A DNA stretch of 63,026 bases, filler included, from Choristocarpus tenellus KU-1152 (taxonomy: Eukaryota; Protista; Phaeophyceae), in the NCBI GenBank assembly GCA_964200185.2. It is 10 parts of 10 records of this genome, joined end to end, with 100 filler letters (N's around TTAATTAATTAA, not from the genome) between each part and the next. Parts side by side here need not be neighbours in the genome. Positions count along the whole stretch, not along the records: positions 35,692 to 45,312 come from CAXNAD020003527.1; positions 45,413 to 50,998 come from CAXNAD020010338.1; positions 51,099 to 55,460 come from CAXNAD020014912.1; 7 more parts are not named here. One strand, written 5' to 3'. How positions within the stretch are numbered: the first letter of the stretch is position 1; each line of letters starts with the position of its first letter. The translations under genes and the position numbers were made by a program. Under the pieces are notes generated by a model, which was not told the DNA's origin, did not search any database, and worked only from the letters and a program-made list of their open reading frames with translations. Shown here one piece after another: positions 39,401 to 52,489 of this stretch.

Positions 39401-41653
39401 AGTGGTATGCGTAGTCTATGTTATGTATAGGTGTGATTGTGCTGCAAAGCACTGATTTATTTATTTTGTTGTAACTGAGGTCATTGATCTCTCAGTCAAG
39501 AATGATGCGATCAATTCAGTATTATTTAATCGGCTCAATTTTTTTTTCTTGATTGAATCAGGGTACGCACAAGGTGCCGAGTGCTGTGAGGAACGATGAA
39601 GCAAAGTGTTCACCACAGTTTCGTGCAGGAAGATAGTTGATCGATCAAAGGAATTCAATAACAAATTCAGTAAGTTTTTTTCTTATTGAATGCGCATCAC
39701 TAGCTACTGGCCTGTTCTTCTGCCACTCATCTCCCCCTGTTGTTCATAGGCACAGTGAAAATATTTCGTGTGCTATTGCTCTATCATTGATTCATGGAAA
39801 GTACTGCATGTCCACATTGTTGAAGTATGTGTGCATACAATATTGTATGAGCTGCAATAAATGTGCCTCTTTGTGCCTGTGCAGTAGGTACAGCCGTGCT
39901 CTATTTTGATCAAGTTTTTGTTGGATTGGGACGTAGATTTCTAGTCGTTTTGTTGTGTGGAGAATTGAAAGGATTGCTGAGCAGTGCATGGTACAAATTA
40001 TACCAACTCGAATAATTTGATATTCTTGATTAGAATCGAACCGTGCTCACAGTTTCCAAAGGGAGGCACTTAAAGTGCTGATCGCTACTGTTGTGCCACA
40101 CAAACTCCAGCAGAGGTCGCAGCATGCATACATGTGAGAAATTATACCATCAAATCCAACCCCTCCACCTTGTTGTGTTGATTGTCTTCAATTTCGTTTG
40201 AGGCTATTTCATGTCATTCCTGAAAACACTGGTTTATGAGAAAAATACAGATGAAATAATTCCAGATGTGTTTTGCATCATCATGTACTGACAGCAGTTG
40301 CCCAAATAGTGCTTGGGTTGAGTAGATCTTAGCCGTTGTGTGAAAGCATTGTATAGGCAATGACAAGTCAAATAGTTTTGACTAATACTTCCAAATGTTG
40401 GGGTGTGTGTACAGGGTTACTATTACTGATATGACTGCTGGTTATTCTAGGAGAACAAGCAAGATGTTGAATGGTGATCATGAGTCAAATTCAATATTTT
40501 AGTTGACATTTTCAATTGCTTACACCCAGAGAGGAGCGTTTCCCTTTTTTGGGGGGGAGATCATTGAAGCTTTGTTTTTTAAGGCTCCAGTGGAGTGTGA
40601 TGAAGAACATCGGAACTACTCTGTAAAGTCCTTTTTTCTCTTTGTATGTGGATCTTGGACCGACGTAAAAAATCTTTATTAGTATGATTATTACATTTGA
40701 ACATTAGGTTGTTGCAGGTAGAAGTTGTGTGCCAAACAAGTTACACTTTTGAAGCTTCCCCCTTACCCTTTAAGGCTAGACAGATGTGCCTGGGACTTTG
40801 TGGAGTAAAGAACCAGAGACTAAAGTTTTCCTGCATTTTCTGTATGGTGATATGTCCTTAGAAAACAGGCACATTTTGACATGTTTTATAGCGCACATGG
40901 TCACTTACCCATGCACAATCATTGTATTCTTCCTGCCAGGTTGGTTCACACCCTAGTGCATTGTAATTTAAAAGAGGTTGGCATATTATTATGTAATACT
41001 ATGTTAGGTCAACTACCTGAACATAGATTGGTACCAACAATAATACTCTATATTCACTGTTCCCTACAGCTTTAGTATCATGAATATATGTGTTGCAACT
41101 ATATCAGCTGCTTCCATTATTTTTTTTGCAGGTGGCTGTGGTGTCCAATGACTTCCGGACATCTCCTGACTTTGTGCTTGGGGAACCAAGAAGTTGTTCA
41201 AGAGATAGAGGCGATGTTGGGTGCACAAGAAGAGTCCTCAGACAAGGAGGGGCGGGAACTAACCATGTAGAGCTAGCAAGGGTAACAAAAGGTCATACGT
41301 GGCAGAACAGCAGCAAGGGCAGTGTGTTCTCCATGCTTCCCTCCTTGTGTGATGCAGTGTTGTTGTCCAGCAGATTAGGCTGCCGCAAGCCTGAGAGGCG
41401 TATTTATGAAGAGGCATGTAAAGCCCTTGGGGTTTCAATGACAGAGGCGATTTTTGTTGATGATTTAAGGGTTAACTTGGAAGCGGCTAAGGGTTTGGGC
41501 ATGCAAACCGTGTGGGTGCAACCAGGGGGAGAGATCGAAGTGAATACTGCTTTGCGTGAGCTTGGGAGGTTGGTGGGATTAGATCTGTTGGGAGAGGGAT
41601 CACCAGGGGCTGGGATTGACAATGGGGGACGACTACCCGTAGGAAAGTTATGA
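36438..41653 (+). CDS. APH/choline-kinase-like phosphotransferase (ACAD10/11 type) fused to a C-terminal HAD phosphatase, with no acyl-CoA dehydrogenase domain
   Basis: Exons 36438-36767, 36929-37270, 37619-38836, 41132-41653. Kinase motifs: [59 protein letters not shown] motifs: [34 protein letters not shown]. Confidence 0.9.
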
Positions 41654-43598
41654 GTGTTGTAGAACCAAGACCAAGGGGGTTGGGTTATGATATGAAGACT
41701 ATCGAGTGATATGAATTTCAGCCTTGAGTCCATGTCAGTCCTCATTCTAAGCACCCTTGAGCTTGAGAGCAAATCTCGAGATTCCAGGTCAGATTCAAAA
41801 CCTACAGCACTCATTGATTATGACATTGCCATGCTGATGTGTTAGTAACTCAAGATCTCAAAAGGATGATATTGAATCTGCCTGCTGTCAGATTTTTAAA
41901 AATACTCAACACTCAGCCTTGGGTGCAATTGTTTGGTTGATCGATCTCTCAGTTGACAAGATAAGATGCACTAATCCCGTTGCATATGAAGTGAGTGAGG
42001 AACTGAAATTTCCATTTAGAAAGCTCACCAAACACTACAGGGTATAGCATCCTACCCCTTGAAGTATGCTTCCTATGTTCAGCATCAGTGTGAACAAATT
42101 GTGGGACAGGTTATATTAGGACATAGCAGTATCAAAAGATGTTTTTGAGAGGATGTTGAAAATTCCATTATGAGGTGATCGTTGATCTCAATGGAATCTG
42201 ACTTAGTCTACCTAATCTATCCCGTTTGCTTTGAACCGAAAGAAGTGCTTTCGTGCTGCAGACATTTTCTTCATTGTTACTGTATTATACTGTTGAACAT
42301 TGTAGTGGGGTGTAGTAATGCGTATTTCGAATTAGTGCACAAAGTATATTCATGTGACCTGTGTTATTTTGCGACTGTGGGCTTGCTAATATGGCTTGAC
42401 ACATCTTGAACTTAAGGATGAACGTCTTAATGACGAAGCCCCTTCCACGTGGCTGAGTGAAGGCTGACTGGTTGCCGCAGGGACGTGGAAAGTGTTGGTT
42501 CTCTGCAAACTATTTATAGCTCCTGAAGGGCGTAAGAAGTGTGCTCCAAGTCGCTGATCACCGTGCATATGCCATTTCTTAAGAACCCTCACAGTCTTCA
42601 TTCTCCATTGTTGTGCCAGCTTGGCCGTACACAGGGATGTTAACATAGAGATCGTGTTGATGTTATGGTATGACTGTGAATGAAACACTGATAGTTCTAT
42701 GTTGGACTATACTTACACCATCAACAGTGTATCTCTACATCAGCTGTATATGTTACACCGCTACACTAACCCCCCATTATGATAGTCAGTGGTAGTCACA
42801 AATCTTGCTTCAAATTGTTGTCAAAGTCAGTGGATCACTGACAAACCGACTATTTTTACTTCCCTGACAATCTCCCCTAGAGGTCTCGATCTCCTTCCCT
42901 GCAGAGCTCTTGCTTTTAGGGATGAAGACCAAGCCTTGATTATGGTGCGAGCTAAAATATTATCCAACCGGCAGAAACTCTGGATGGCACGACCTGAAAC
43001 TAAGAAACAGGAGAAATGTGGCTTATAAACAGCTTTGGTACGCTCCATTTGCATGATACAAGTAACTGAAGAAAGGACCTACACTCACGAAAGCCCTTAG
43101 CCTATACACTGTGTAGATGCCCGAAAAAAGGTTGAAAGGAGGAAAAGAACAATAGCAGACATTAGTGGAATCAAATTTAGCCCTGCATCCATTTTTCAAC
43201 ATACCTAGTGTTTTTTTTGGCAGATGCTCTTTATTTTACCGCACTTGTACCGCACAACAACTTGTCGCTCATGTAGAACTCTGTACCTGCAACCAAAACC
43301 TTACCCTCTGATCCTGTATTTTGCACACTTTGACAACGTAACACTCAGCACTACGCCAATGTCCATGACAACAGTTGAGGAAAAAACGTGCTCATCATTT
43401 CTAACAAGCGGTGTAAAGGTACGTGTGTGATTTGTATCCAGTCCACGTACATAACAAGATATGTCTTGTAACGCTCAACTCTAAAGTATACGTATGTTAC
43501 GTCCGTAACGTATTCACTTGTTGGTATTTGGTGCTGGGATACACATAGAAACCACTGACTGGTGGAGCTGCAGATACTGTTTGGAGTAGCTAACTAAT

Positions 43599-43775
43599 GG
43601 CTCAAAGTATCTGGGGGGGTGGCGGCTGTCTATTTGGGATCAATTTTTTTATATCGCGATTATTGGGTGATTTGATTACACATGTCGGATGGATAATGAA
43701 AATGCTCTTCTCCTGATTTTGGTCAAATGGACACCCTGGTGTAACCCCCCCCCCCACCCCCAGATACTTGGGGTC
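43599..43775. mobile_element. MITE family B (G-run TIR), complete 177-bp copy
   Basis: aat|GGCTCAAAGTATCTGGGGGGGT...CCCCACCCCCAGATACTTGGGGTC|aat. Subterminal GTCYATTTG/CAAATGGAC motifs are shared with family A. Confidence 0.8.
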
Positions 43776-44191
43776 AATCATGTGACAGCAATCCACTAGT
43801 GGTATTGCATGATAGAAAAGCGAATCGCACGGTCGTGTTGTAGTCCTATCAGCATTATTCTATTGAGTAGTGCTGCCTCTGTTAAGTTTATCTCCACGTA
43901 TACAATGATGTACGAGGATACATATATATATAGAGAGAGAGAGTAGGTTGTAAGCATTGTCACACCCTTGTGCTTTGCCATCTATTGTCAGTCTGTAGTA
44001 TGTAGCTGTGTGGGCATGGCCAACTAGCTTAGTCTGGTATAGGGACCAAACATCGACACTGGTGCATACTCTATCTTGATATATCCGTGAAAGGTGACAT
44101 CCTCTTGTGGCATCATCATCAGGATAATTGAACTTCACTAGCTTTTCCAATACTGAGATAGAAGGAAACGAGGGTGGTATGACAACACAGA

Positions 44192-44449
44192 GAGCGAAAG
44201 TATCTTAGAGGGTTCGAGTTTTGCCCTGTTTGTCCATTTGGGGCTTGACTTCCGGCTGGTTTTTTTTGACAATTTCCTACTCCAAAATGTTTCGGAGTAG
44301 GTAAAATATATACGTTCTGCAACGGTGTGTCCAGAGCAAGGATATCGACACTTCCTAACAAACGCAATAGCCAAAATTACATCGAAATCGCAACATTGGA
44401 TTTTGGCCCCCAAATGGACGCGACTCTACCCTTTAAGATACTTTGGCTC
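44192..44449 (+). mobile_element. MITE family A copy (258 bp)
   Basis: GAGCGAAAGTATCTTAGAGGG...CCCTTTAAGATACTTTGGCTC. Confidence 0.9.
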
Positions 44450-45312
44450 ACTACGGTGCAGTCTGGGAAGGAAGAGATCAAGACTGAGGCGAATCCTTCC
44501 CACATTACTGTGAATAGTACCACCAGCTGTGGCGACGAGCGATACGCACTACTGGTCGCCACTGAGGAATCTACGTTCAGGAATGTTCCAGGCAAGTGTG
44601 GGGCAAACGAATGTTTGGTGTCAAATGTTGGGGTTGGCCACGAGAGAGAAGAATGGATTTTGGACGGTGCGGCTTCATGTCACATAACAAAGATGGTGAA
44701 ATCCATGGAGCCAAAGTATCTTAGAGGGTAGAGCTGCGTCTATTTGGGGACCAAAATCCATTGTTGCGATTTGGTGTAATTTTGGCTATCGTGCTTGTTA
44801 GGAAGTGTCTATATCCTTATTCCGGAACAACCTTTTCATAACTCATACATTTCCCTACTCCGAAACATTTTGGAGTAGGAAAATGTCATGAAAAGAATCG
44901 TGGGAAGCCAAGCACCAAAATGGACAAAAAGGGCAAACCCCATACCCTCTAAGATACTTTCAATCATGACAAATTGTAAGCCTTGCGTTGGAGACCAAAG
45001 GGTAGTCACTGCTAGCCAAAATTCCTTTTGCATCGCTGGTCATGGTGATCTAACCATCTTGTTTCCTTCACGTGACAACAAGGAGGTAGAAATACTCCTT
45101 CAGAATGTCGTCCATATCCCTGATCTTGGATTCAACCTTTTCTCTTGCCAAGCAGCAGCTGACAAGGGTGCAAAAGGCATTTTCACAGCCAGCACATTCT
45201 CGCTATTAGATGGAGTACTTACCTTCACAAGAGATCCTGGTGGCCACTACACCCTCCATGGTCAACGCATATTGCCGCGACTAAATCGAAATGCTGAAGT
45301 TGCTTTAAAGGC
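44450..45312 (+). mobile_element. Ty1/Copia pol aspartic-protease region, interrupted by a MITE
   Basis: Removing 44708-44965 restores WILDGAASCHITKMVKSMTNCKPC..VVTAS..IAGHGDL..LQNVVHIPDLGFNLFS, the Copia protease signature. Confidence 0.85.
44708..44965 (-). mobile_element. MITE family A copy inserted in the Copia protease
   Basis: atg|GAGCCAAAGTATCTTAGAGGGTA...TACCCTCTAAGATACTTTCAATC|atg. Confidence 0.92.
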
Positions 45313-45939
45313 NNNNNNNNNNNNNNNNNNNNNNNNNNNNNNNNNNNNNNNNNNNNTTAATTAATTAANNNNNNNNNNNNNNNNNNNNNNNNNNNNNNNN
45401 NNNNNNNNNNNNAAATGTCAGAAAAAAAAAAGGTTGTTTGACCGAAATGGATGCCCCCTCCCACCCCCCCCCCCCCCCCCAGATAATTTGACCCTTCACA
45501 TGTAATCTCTCCTTTCTGGCACTAAAATGTTGTTGAGTGAACTATTGGTAATTTTCATTGCGGTAGGTTATTACCAGCTCTTTTTTTTTGTTGAGGTCTT
45601 TATCATATATGTTCAGTCCAGTCACTTGATTTTGCCCCTGGAATGTACTCACTGAGTCAGAACTGTACCTGTATCTGGTTCTGTACTATATAACGTTTCT
45701 TGCCTTCTACTGGCCACTAGAATGAGTAAGGCAGGAAAGACTTCCAGGGGGTGCTGTGGAGTGTGTGATGGGTGTTTTGGTAGGTTGCCCTTGTGCAAGG
45801 TTGAACAAGCAATTGAAGCATGACTTGCCTTCAGTTCGTCAACAAGGGATTGAGGTAATTGAAAACGGGAATGGAGCAGCATATACAGAGTGTCCGAACC
45901 CAACTCCGGGAAAGCATTCATGGGAGGGGTAAAGATATA

Positions 45940-46290
45940 CTCCCTTTGTCCCACAAGGTCTGTTCCTTTATACATGTACCTCTTCGGGATGACCTCCGAT
46001 TTCAAAACGGGTTCTTGAATTGGATTCCTTCATGCTTTCTGCATTAGAAGGCATTTCCTTTCTTTCACTCAACGCCGTCAATCCACCAAATCATTCAGTG
46101 CCTTCTTGTGAGCCTATGTCTGCCTAACCTCTGTTCCATATTTTCAGAACAATTTCGGGATACATGTTTCCAATACAACTCATCTTGTGTAAAATATTCA
46201 AAGGGATCCAAAGCAAGAATTCGTTTTAAAAACAGAGGTCATCCCGAAGAGGTACATGCATAAAGGAACAGACATATTGGACCGTGGGAG
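45940..46290. mobile_element. Stowaway-like (Tc1/mariner) MITE
   Basis: TA|CTCCCTTTGTCC...GGACCGTGGGAG|TA. TIRs are imperfect and ~90 bp, including CTGTTCCTTTATACATGTACCTCTTCGGGATGACCTC and its inverse (one mismatch). Confidence 0.85.
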
Positions 46291-47106
46291 TAGAGACTTA
46301 GCTGGCCCTAGCTGATGCTATTGCTCTGCTCTCTGTTACTCAATGAGCGGCAAAATAGCTCGCAATACCTCTCCTGCACCTCTTTCTGAAGAAAAAATGT
46401 GCTGAGCTCAGTAGTCCCCCTTGACAGAACTGGAGGTTAAATTGTTCGACCCACTGAAATATAGAAAAAAAAGTTGACATATTTGATCTTGTAGAGACGA
46501 GGTTTTCACTTTGTGGGATAGTTCAAACATGTCATGATTGAGTGCCTCATACATTGGTTGGTGTAAGACTCTGCAGAGGGTCTCTCACCCTAGCAACTGT
46601 TCAAGCACTTTGGAGGAGTAGAATATCAGTACTATTGTAGTACTCAGCTTTGCTCAGGAATTGTTTCCCTAACCCTAAACCCAGCCTTAGCGATTCTTCC
46701 AACTCTGACATGAAGAAACAAATGAACGTAGTTTGTAGTGTTTGGGCGGGGCACAGATGGAAATATACCCGGTGATAGAGGTCCACTTGTAAATATCACA
46801 AGGTATATTTGCTTGAGGACATACCACATTTCCGTTTCAGAAAGAGTTGTGGGAGAGAGTGAGGCAAGAGGTAGTGATTAAGAATTTTTGTCATGACTTG
46901 ATTTGCAACTACTTTTATTGCTTTTTTTTCTGTTTTGGGGAGAACACATCCAATTTCATGATTGCATAAAGAAAGGGGAGGAGAGGACGAGCAAAAATAG
47001 ATGCAAGCTTCAAGTTCCATCATTGCAAGAGGATGAGTCACACAACAATCAAAAAGTTTGTCTCTACTCAATGCTCCTTTGATATTGGTGTTTTGTGAGT
47101 GTGCAG

Positions 47107-49633
47107 GTGGTACCCGCTTCGTGAACACAAAGGATGCAACAAAGTGGGAGAAGTGTGCCTCCGAATAAACTTTGTCCCTTGCTCCACCAGCTACATGAAG
47201 GAACCAAAACCCATCTCCACAACAGCACCAGGAGGTTCATCAAGGGCTGCCAAACTAGGAAATTATCAGTGCCATGGAAAGTCTGCATTCAGCCAGGCTT
47301 GTTACCAGTCGAGGTCCACTGAATCTGACTCTAAACAAAGGTTAGATACATGGCAGTCAAAACGTCATCTCCATCTTACAGTTATTGTGGAGGAAGGAAG
47401 AGATTTGCACCATCCCAGTATACCAGGCACAAAGGATCCTTTTGTGGTGGCATGCATCATTGATCCAGCAAATCCTGCAGTCAACGAGGAGGCTGGCAGG
47501 CAAGGGAATGTTGTGTTTGGAAACTGTGAGCTAGGAGAGAGGAGCATCCATTTTTTAAATTCATATACAGCTTTGCTCATCATTTTAAAACTCACCATTC
47601 TGGGTCTTACCTTGCCTGCCACACCATCCCGACTCAACCTGCAATACATGTCATTCATTTCGCATATCTGAGACATCTTGTACCCCCCCCCCCCAAATTT
47701 CACGCTAGTTGTTTATCTGATACAACACGGCTGAAGTTCTGAGGTGCGGTGCGATCACAACAAAAAAAAAAATTGAAGTAGCAACCTCTTACCGAGAAGA
47801 CAGAACAATTTTATGAAAGTGCACTAGGCATCACATGTACAAGTAAGAGTTGATCAAAACATTTGAACTTTTCATGCAGTGTGCATAGCTCTTTGCCACT
47901 GGGACAAGGAAGTGGTGGGTATCCATCCTGGAATTCTGCAATACAGGTGCCAATCCCTTCAACTGTCCAGGACCGAATTGGGGCAGGATCCAGCACTTCT
48001 TCTGACTATCCAAGACCGGTGGTGAGAACACAACATCAACAAACAAATTTATTCACAATTGTGCATAATCTCGTCTAATCCGATATTTATTAGCTTCATC
48101 TGTGAAGTGGCGTGATGAGATTAAGCTTTGGGGACTACTTGACTGTCAGAACGGCACACCTTTAGCTACCATTGAGTGGCAAGAGTATGGTAAGGAAATT
48201 GTCTGTGTTCATGGTGCCAGTTACTCTGCCTGCAACGGATTGAAGTGGATATATTCGGTGTTGTGAGAAGAAGTATCACCAGCAAACAGCAATACACACC
48301 TTTGTTTTCCTGGTGTACAGCTTCAGAGAGGACGATGGTGCAGCTGCCTTCTCTACATGCAACAAAGCAAATATAATCTGTTGACATTTTGGCAGCACAT
48401 GATTTATTGTCCCTGATGAATGGAAATGGGCAGACGCTGCAACTTCCCCACTCAGAGCATAGACCATAGACGTGCGATGGAAAAGTTGTGGAAGGTCTTG
48501 ATATAGCTTGAGTGGAGGATATGCATGTTTAGGAGTGGTTCTTGCTGCTCCTGGGTGCATCCCGTACTATTTCTCGCTTGACTTTATATTTCCATCCAAT
48601 GCATCTAAATTTCGGCCTTCCGATGATACACCTGTACTCTACAGCTCCATGTAACCGTCAAAAGCGCAGCCAGGAGGGTGATTGTGCCCACATCCGTGGA
48701 AGGAGTTACAGGGGAACAATGTCTTGTCATAGGGAACGTCAAGTCAGTGCCAGCATGTCATCGTGATGTACTATCGAAGATTGACAACAACTATATACTA
48801 CTGTCAATGACATTGTGATCTATTCTAGCCTAGTTCGGGACAAATTTCAATCTACAATGTAAGGTGCAATGACTGATTTACATGGTTGTGGTGTGTTTTT
48901 CACTGCTTCAACTGCCCTTTTTTCCCACCTTAAGGTAAAAGGGTACAAAGGAGGTTGACCATTCCTTTGCATTTCTACTGAAAATGGTAGCCCCCAAATA
49001 TTCCAAACCTCTTATTTTCATGTGTGTTTGATGGTTAGCCTGTTTTATCACAGCAACGTTGATGTTCTACAGGAGCACTAGCTGTTTCTGCCTTGTTACA
49101 ACCTTTCGTTCAGCATACCTCTAGAATGGGCTTTGCTTCAACGAGGAAACTCATCCTTGAGGTCCTGGTTCTCGTTATCAGATCCCGAAGGAAGTCAAGC
49201 AACAGGGCAGGTGAAAACTAGCCTATGTCTGTTCTCATTGTGCTTTTTGTGGGATATCTTGTAAAAGGGCGGTGATCAGTTTTCGTCCTGTCTTCTTCCT
49301 CATTGAAAGAAGACTAGGTTTGGTTCATGTTAGTGAATTTTCAACAGAATATTCTTGTTTTATTCCAAACCTTTAAAAAAAATAATAACAAATGAAGAAG
49401 AAATCTTACTGATACCTTTGCCAGGTGCTTCTCACCATTTTGAGGAGAAAGTCAAAAACAGGTCAGGGTGCTCCTTCATCAGATTTACACCCTAGGCCAA
49501 TATATGAAACTGGTGGTTTCGGATTGAAAGGGCTAGATTCTGATGATGAATCCAAAGATGAGGCACAACCAGTTGTTAAGAGATTTGGGGACCCTCAAAG
49601 AGAGTGGCCAGGGTCTGGATTGCTCTTTGTCAG
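47107..49633 (+). CDS. C2-domain-containing protein, partial; exon structure incomplete
   Basis: WYPL..GEVCLRINFVP (end of one C2), LTVIVEEGRDL..KDPFVVACI (start of the next C2), GSGGYPSWN at ~47900, and an exon at 49425-49633. Confidence 0.55.
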
Positions 49634-50362
49634 GTAAGGAATAAGTCAGGCGGCCATGAGTGATGACTCCGCATTTGACTTCCAATAGACCCCTCAGACA
49701 TTGGACTGTGGACCTGGCATGAGGGAATCAATACCCCAGGTATCATTTGTTCAGTCCATGCTGAATATAGAGACGACCTTGTTAAGAAAAATATGTCTTC
49801 CTTGGCCTTGTATGATGACTCTGCTCTCAAACCTTACATTTCGATGCATAGAGTAGTCAGTATTATACACACATGTTTTGCACTCTCTAGGACAATTTGT
49901 ATTATGTCAAATATGGAGTCCTGTTAGAAGAGCACAATGATACTGTCTGGAGGAGCTAACCTCTAGGTTAGCTTGCAAACTGCTGTATTCTATCCCCACA
50001 GCTGTCAAGTTTAGAGAGCGAAATCCAGAAAAAGTATTCTGCCTATCAGGGAATTCACAGGTTGACCACTTTTGAACAAGTTCTGTAGATTTGCTTCATC
50101 TGTTAAAAATCTGACAGAAATCCTCCAGGGAACCTACGTTATGTACTCACTAGAAACTTCCCTCCGAGGCCATGTGCCAAATACTGATCCGATTTCCTCA
50201 CCATTATCCCTTCAAACCTAGAGATGAACAAGCAAACCAGCAATACCTAACTATTGTATCCTTGGGCTCTAATTTCTACCAGTGGTTTTATCATCACCTG
50301 CTGAATTCTTTAGGCGATTTTAAGTAAAATCTGATCCGTCATGCCGGAGAAGATCTATTGAT

Positions 50363-50596
50363 GTGTAAAGGTATCTTAGAAGGTACGAGTTTTGGCTTCC
50401 CACTGGTTTTTATGACATTTTCCTACTCCGAAATGTTACAGAGTATGTAAAATGTATACGTTATGAAAAGGTGTGTCCAGAATAAGGATATTGACACTTC
50501 CTAACAAACACGATAGCCAAATTTGATCAAAATCGCAACATTGGAGTTTGGCCCAAAATGGACGCGGCGGCTCTACCCTCTAACATACTTTGGGTC
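50363..50596 (+). mobile_element. MITE family A copy with internal deletion
   Basis: gat|GTGTAAAGGTATCTTAGAAGGTACGAG...CCCTCTAACATACTTTGGGTC|gat. Confidence 0.85.
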
Positions 50597-51239
50597 GATC
50601 ATATAGTCCAAAATGGACTGGTTTGTTTTTATTGCTGTTCCAATGTTCTGGGTACAGGGAAATGGCAGGACTATACATTAATGAGGAATTTGTCGTTTTG
50701 ACTACATGTGGCCAGAGCAAAGACATTTTCATATCAATAGGTTCCCCCATGAACTACACAATGTGACGTGACAGTGGGGCCTCACCATTTCCAATGCGAT
50801 TAGGTGATATATTCTCCACTACACAGAATACCTCAGCAGAGACACCATCTTGTGGAATGTGTTCTTCATAGCTTTCACATGGAACTGGCTCAAAGTAACT
50901 GGGGGGGGGGGGGGGGGGGGCCACCAGAGGGGGGTCATTTGGACACCCCGGCCGGGGAAAAGGGCATACCTGTTAAATTAAAAAATAAAGCAACAAAANN
51001 NNNNNNNNNNNNNNNNNNNNNNNNNNNNNNNNNNNNNNNNNNTTAATTAATTAANNNNNNNNNNNNNNNNNNNNNNNNNNNNNNNNNNNNNNNNNNNNAT
51101 CCCGCATTATCTTCTGTGCGTACATAAAATAATACTTCAAATCATATTCTCACAAATGGTCAAGCATAAACTTGACATCCAATATCGGCCATCCACAGTG
51201 TGTCAGGTGACAATGAAGATAGCCACCGAGGGGCTGAAT

Positions 51240-52170
51240 TATCATAGCACAAGCACCATAAACAGGTGGTTCGGTGATATATGGGGACCATGCCAAATCG
51301 CTGCTGGATCAAACCCAAGCATCTATTGTGGCAAAAGGTATGGAAAATGGACTTTGTTTGCGATCAAGTGTACCGGAAACGTGGTGTGTACGCCTCCATG
51401 GTGAACACGATCCATGTGGGTGAAACCCGGTTTTACATGATGGCTGATGGGGAAAGGGTTAGGGTATTTCCGCATGAGGATGATGGCGACCGTCCAGAGT
51501 CTCCTACTGTGCAGGGCAAGAGGCATACCCCCAAAACCATGATCATCGCAGCCAACGCCCGCACAGATTCGGCCCATCACAGCTTTGATGGAAAGCTGGG
51601 TGTTTGGCGTGTGTGCGCACCAAAAACGGCAGACAGGAGAAGCACGAAACATGAAAGGGTGTGTGTATGAGCAGGACTGTACTTTAGACCATTTGTGGTA
51701 CAGGAAGTGGTACACGGAGGAGTTACTGCCTGCAATCAAGACCAAGATGCCTTGGTTGCAGGGGAAGCACATTGTCGTTCAACAAGACGGTGCGCCACCC
51801 CCCCACGGGCAAGGGCAACTCAGAAATCTTGTCAAGGGCGGGGAAGACCGAGGGGTGGTCTACTAGGCTTGTGACGCAGCCATCTAACTCCCTCGACCTC
51901 AATATCACGGACCTGTCCTTCTTCAGGTCTTTGAAATGGCGGTTGATGGGGGAGCGGTTTGGGTCCGTTGAGGAGATGGTGAAGGTCATTAAGAAAGAGT
52001 ATGAGGAGTATGATGAAACCACACTTGAGAGGACTTAGCAGTTCCTTTTTGAAGTGTACAATCGAGTGCTTAGGTACAAAGGGGGGAATGACTTCAGTGT
52101 GGAGTGCACAGGGGTAAGAGGCAGTTGTCTGGCAAGCTTGAAAACGCGCCAAAGGTCGACATGTAGGCTC
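51240..52170 (+). pseudogene. Tc1/mariner transposase of the plant-mariner (DD39D-like) clade, frameshifted
   Basis: IKP.L, IHVGE (first catalytic D mutated), FDGKLGVW, LLPAIKTKMP, IVVQQDGA.PH, TQPSNSLDLNITDLSFFRSL. The motifs are spread over three frames. Confidence 0.88.
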
Positions 52171-52489
52171 TTTCTGCGACTGATGAAATTGTGATGGATG
52201 GGGTGAAATAATAATAAACTGAGCTGACCCTATCCAGAAATTCGTCAAGGATAACAAATCTTCTTTCATAAATGAATTTCATCAACACCTTCGAGGGTTA
52301 TGGATAACGGAGCACAGACTTGTAATTGTTTTTATTATTAGTACTATTATTATTTTCAGAGTTTTTCATTATTATTTTATTATTACCACAATTTTTATTA
52401 TCATCATCATTATTATCATCATCACCATTCTTATAAATAGTACTATTAATACTATTCCTACTTTTTTTGTTACTATTTTATTATTTCTG

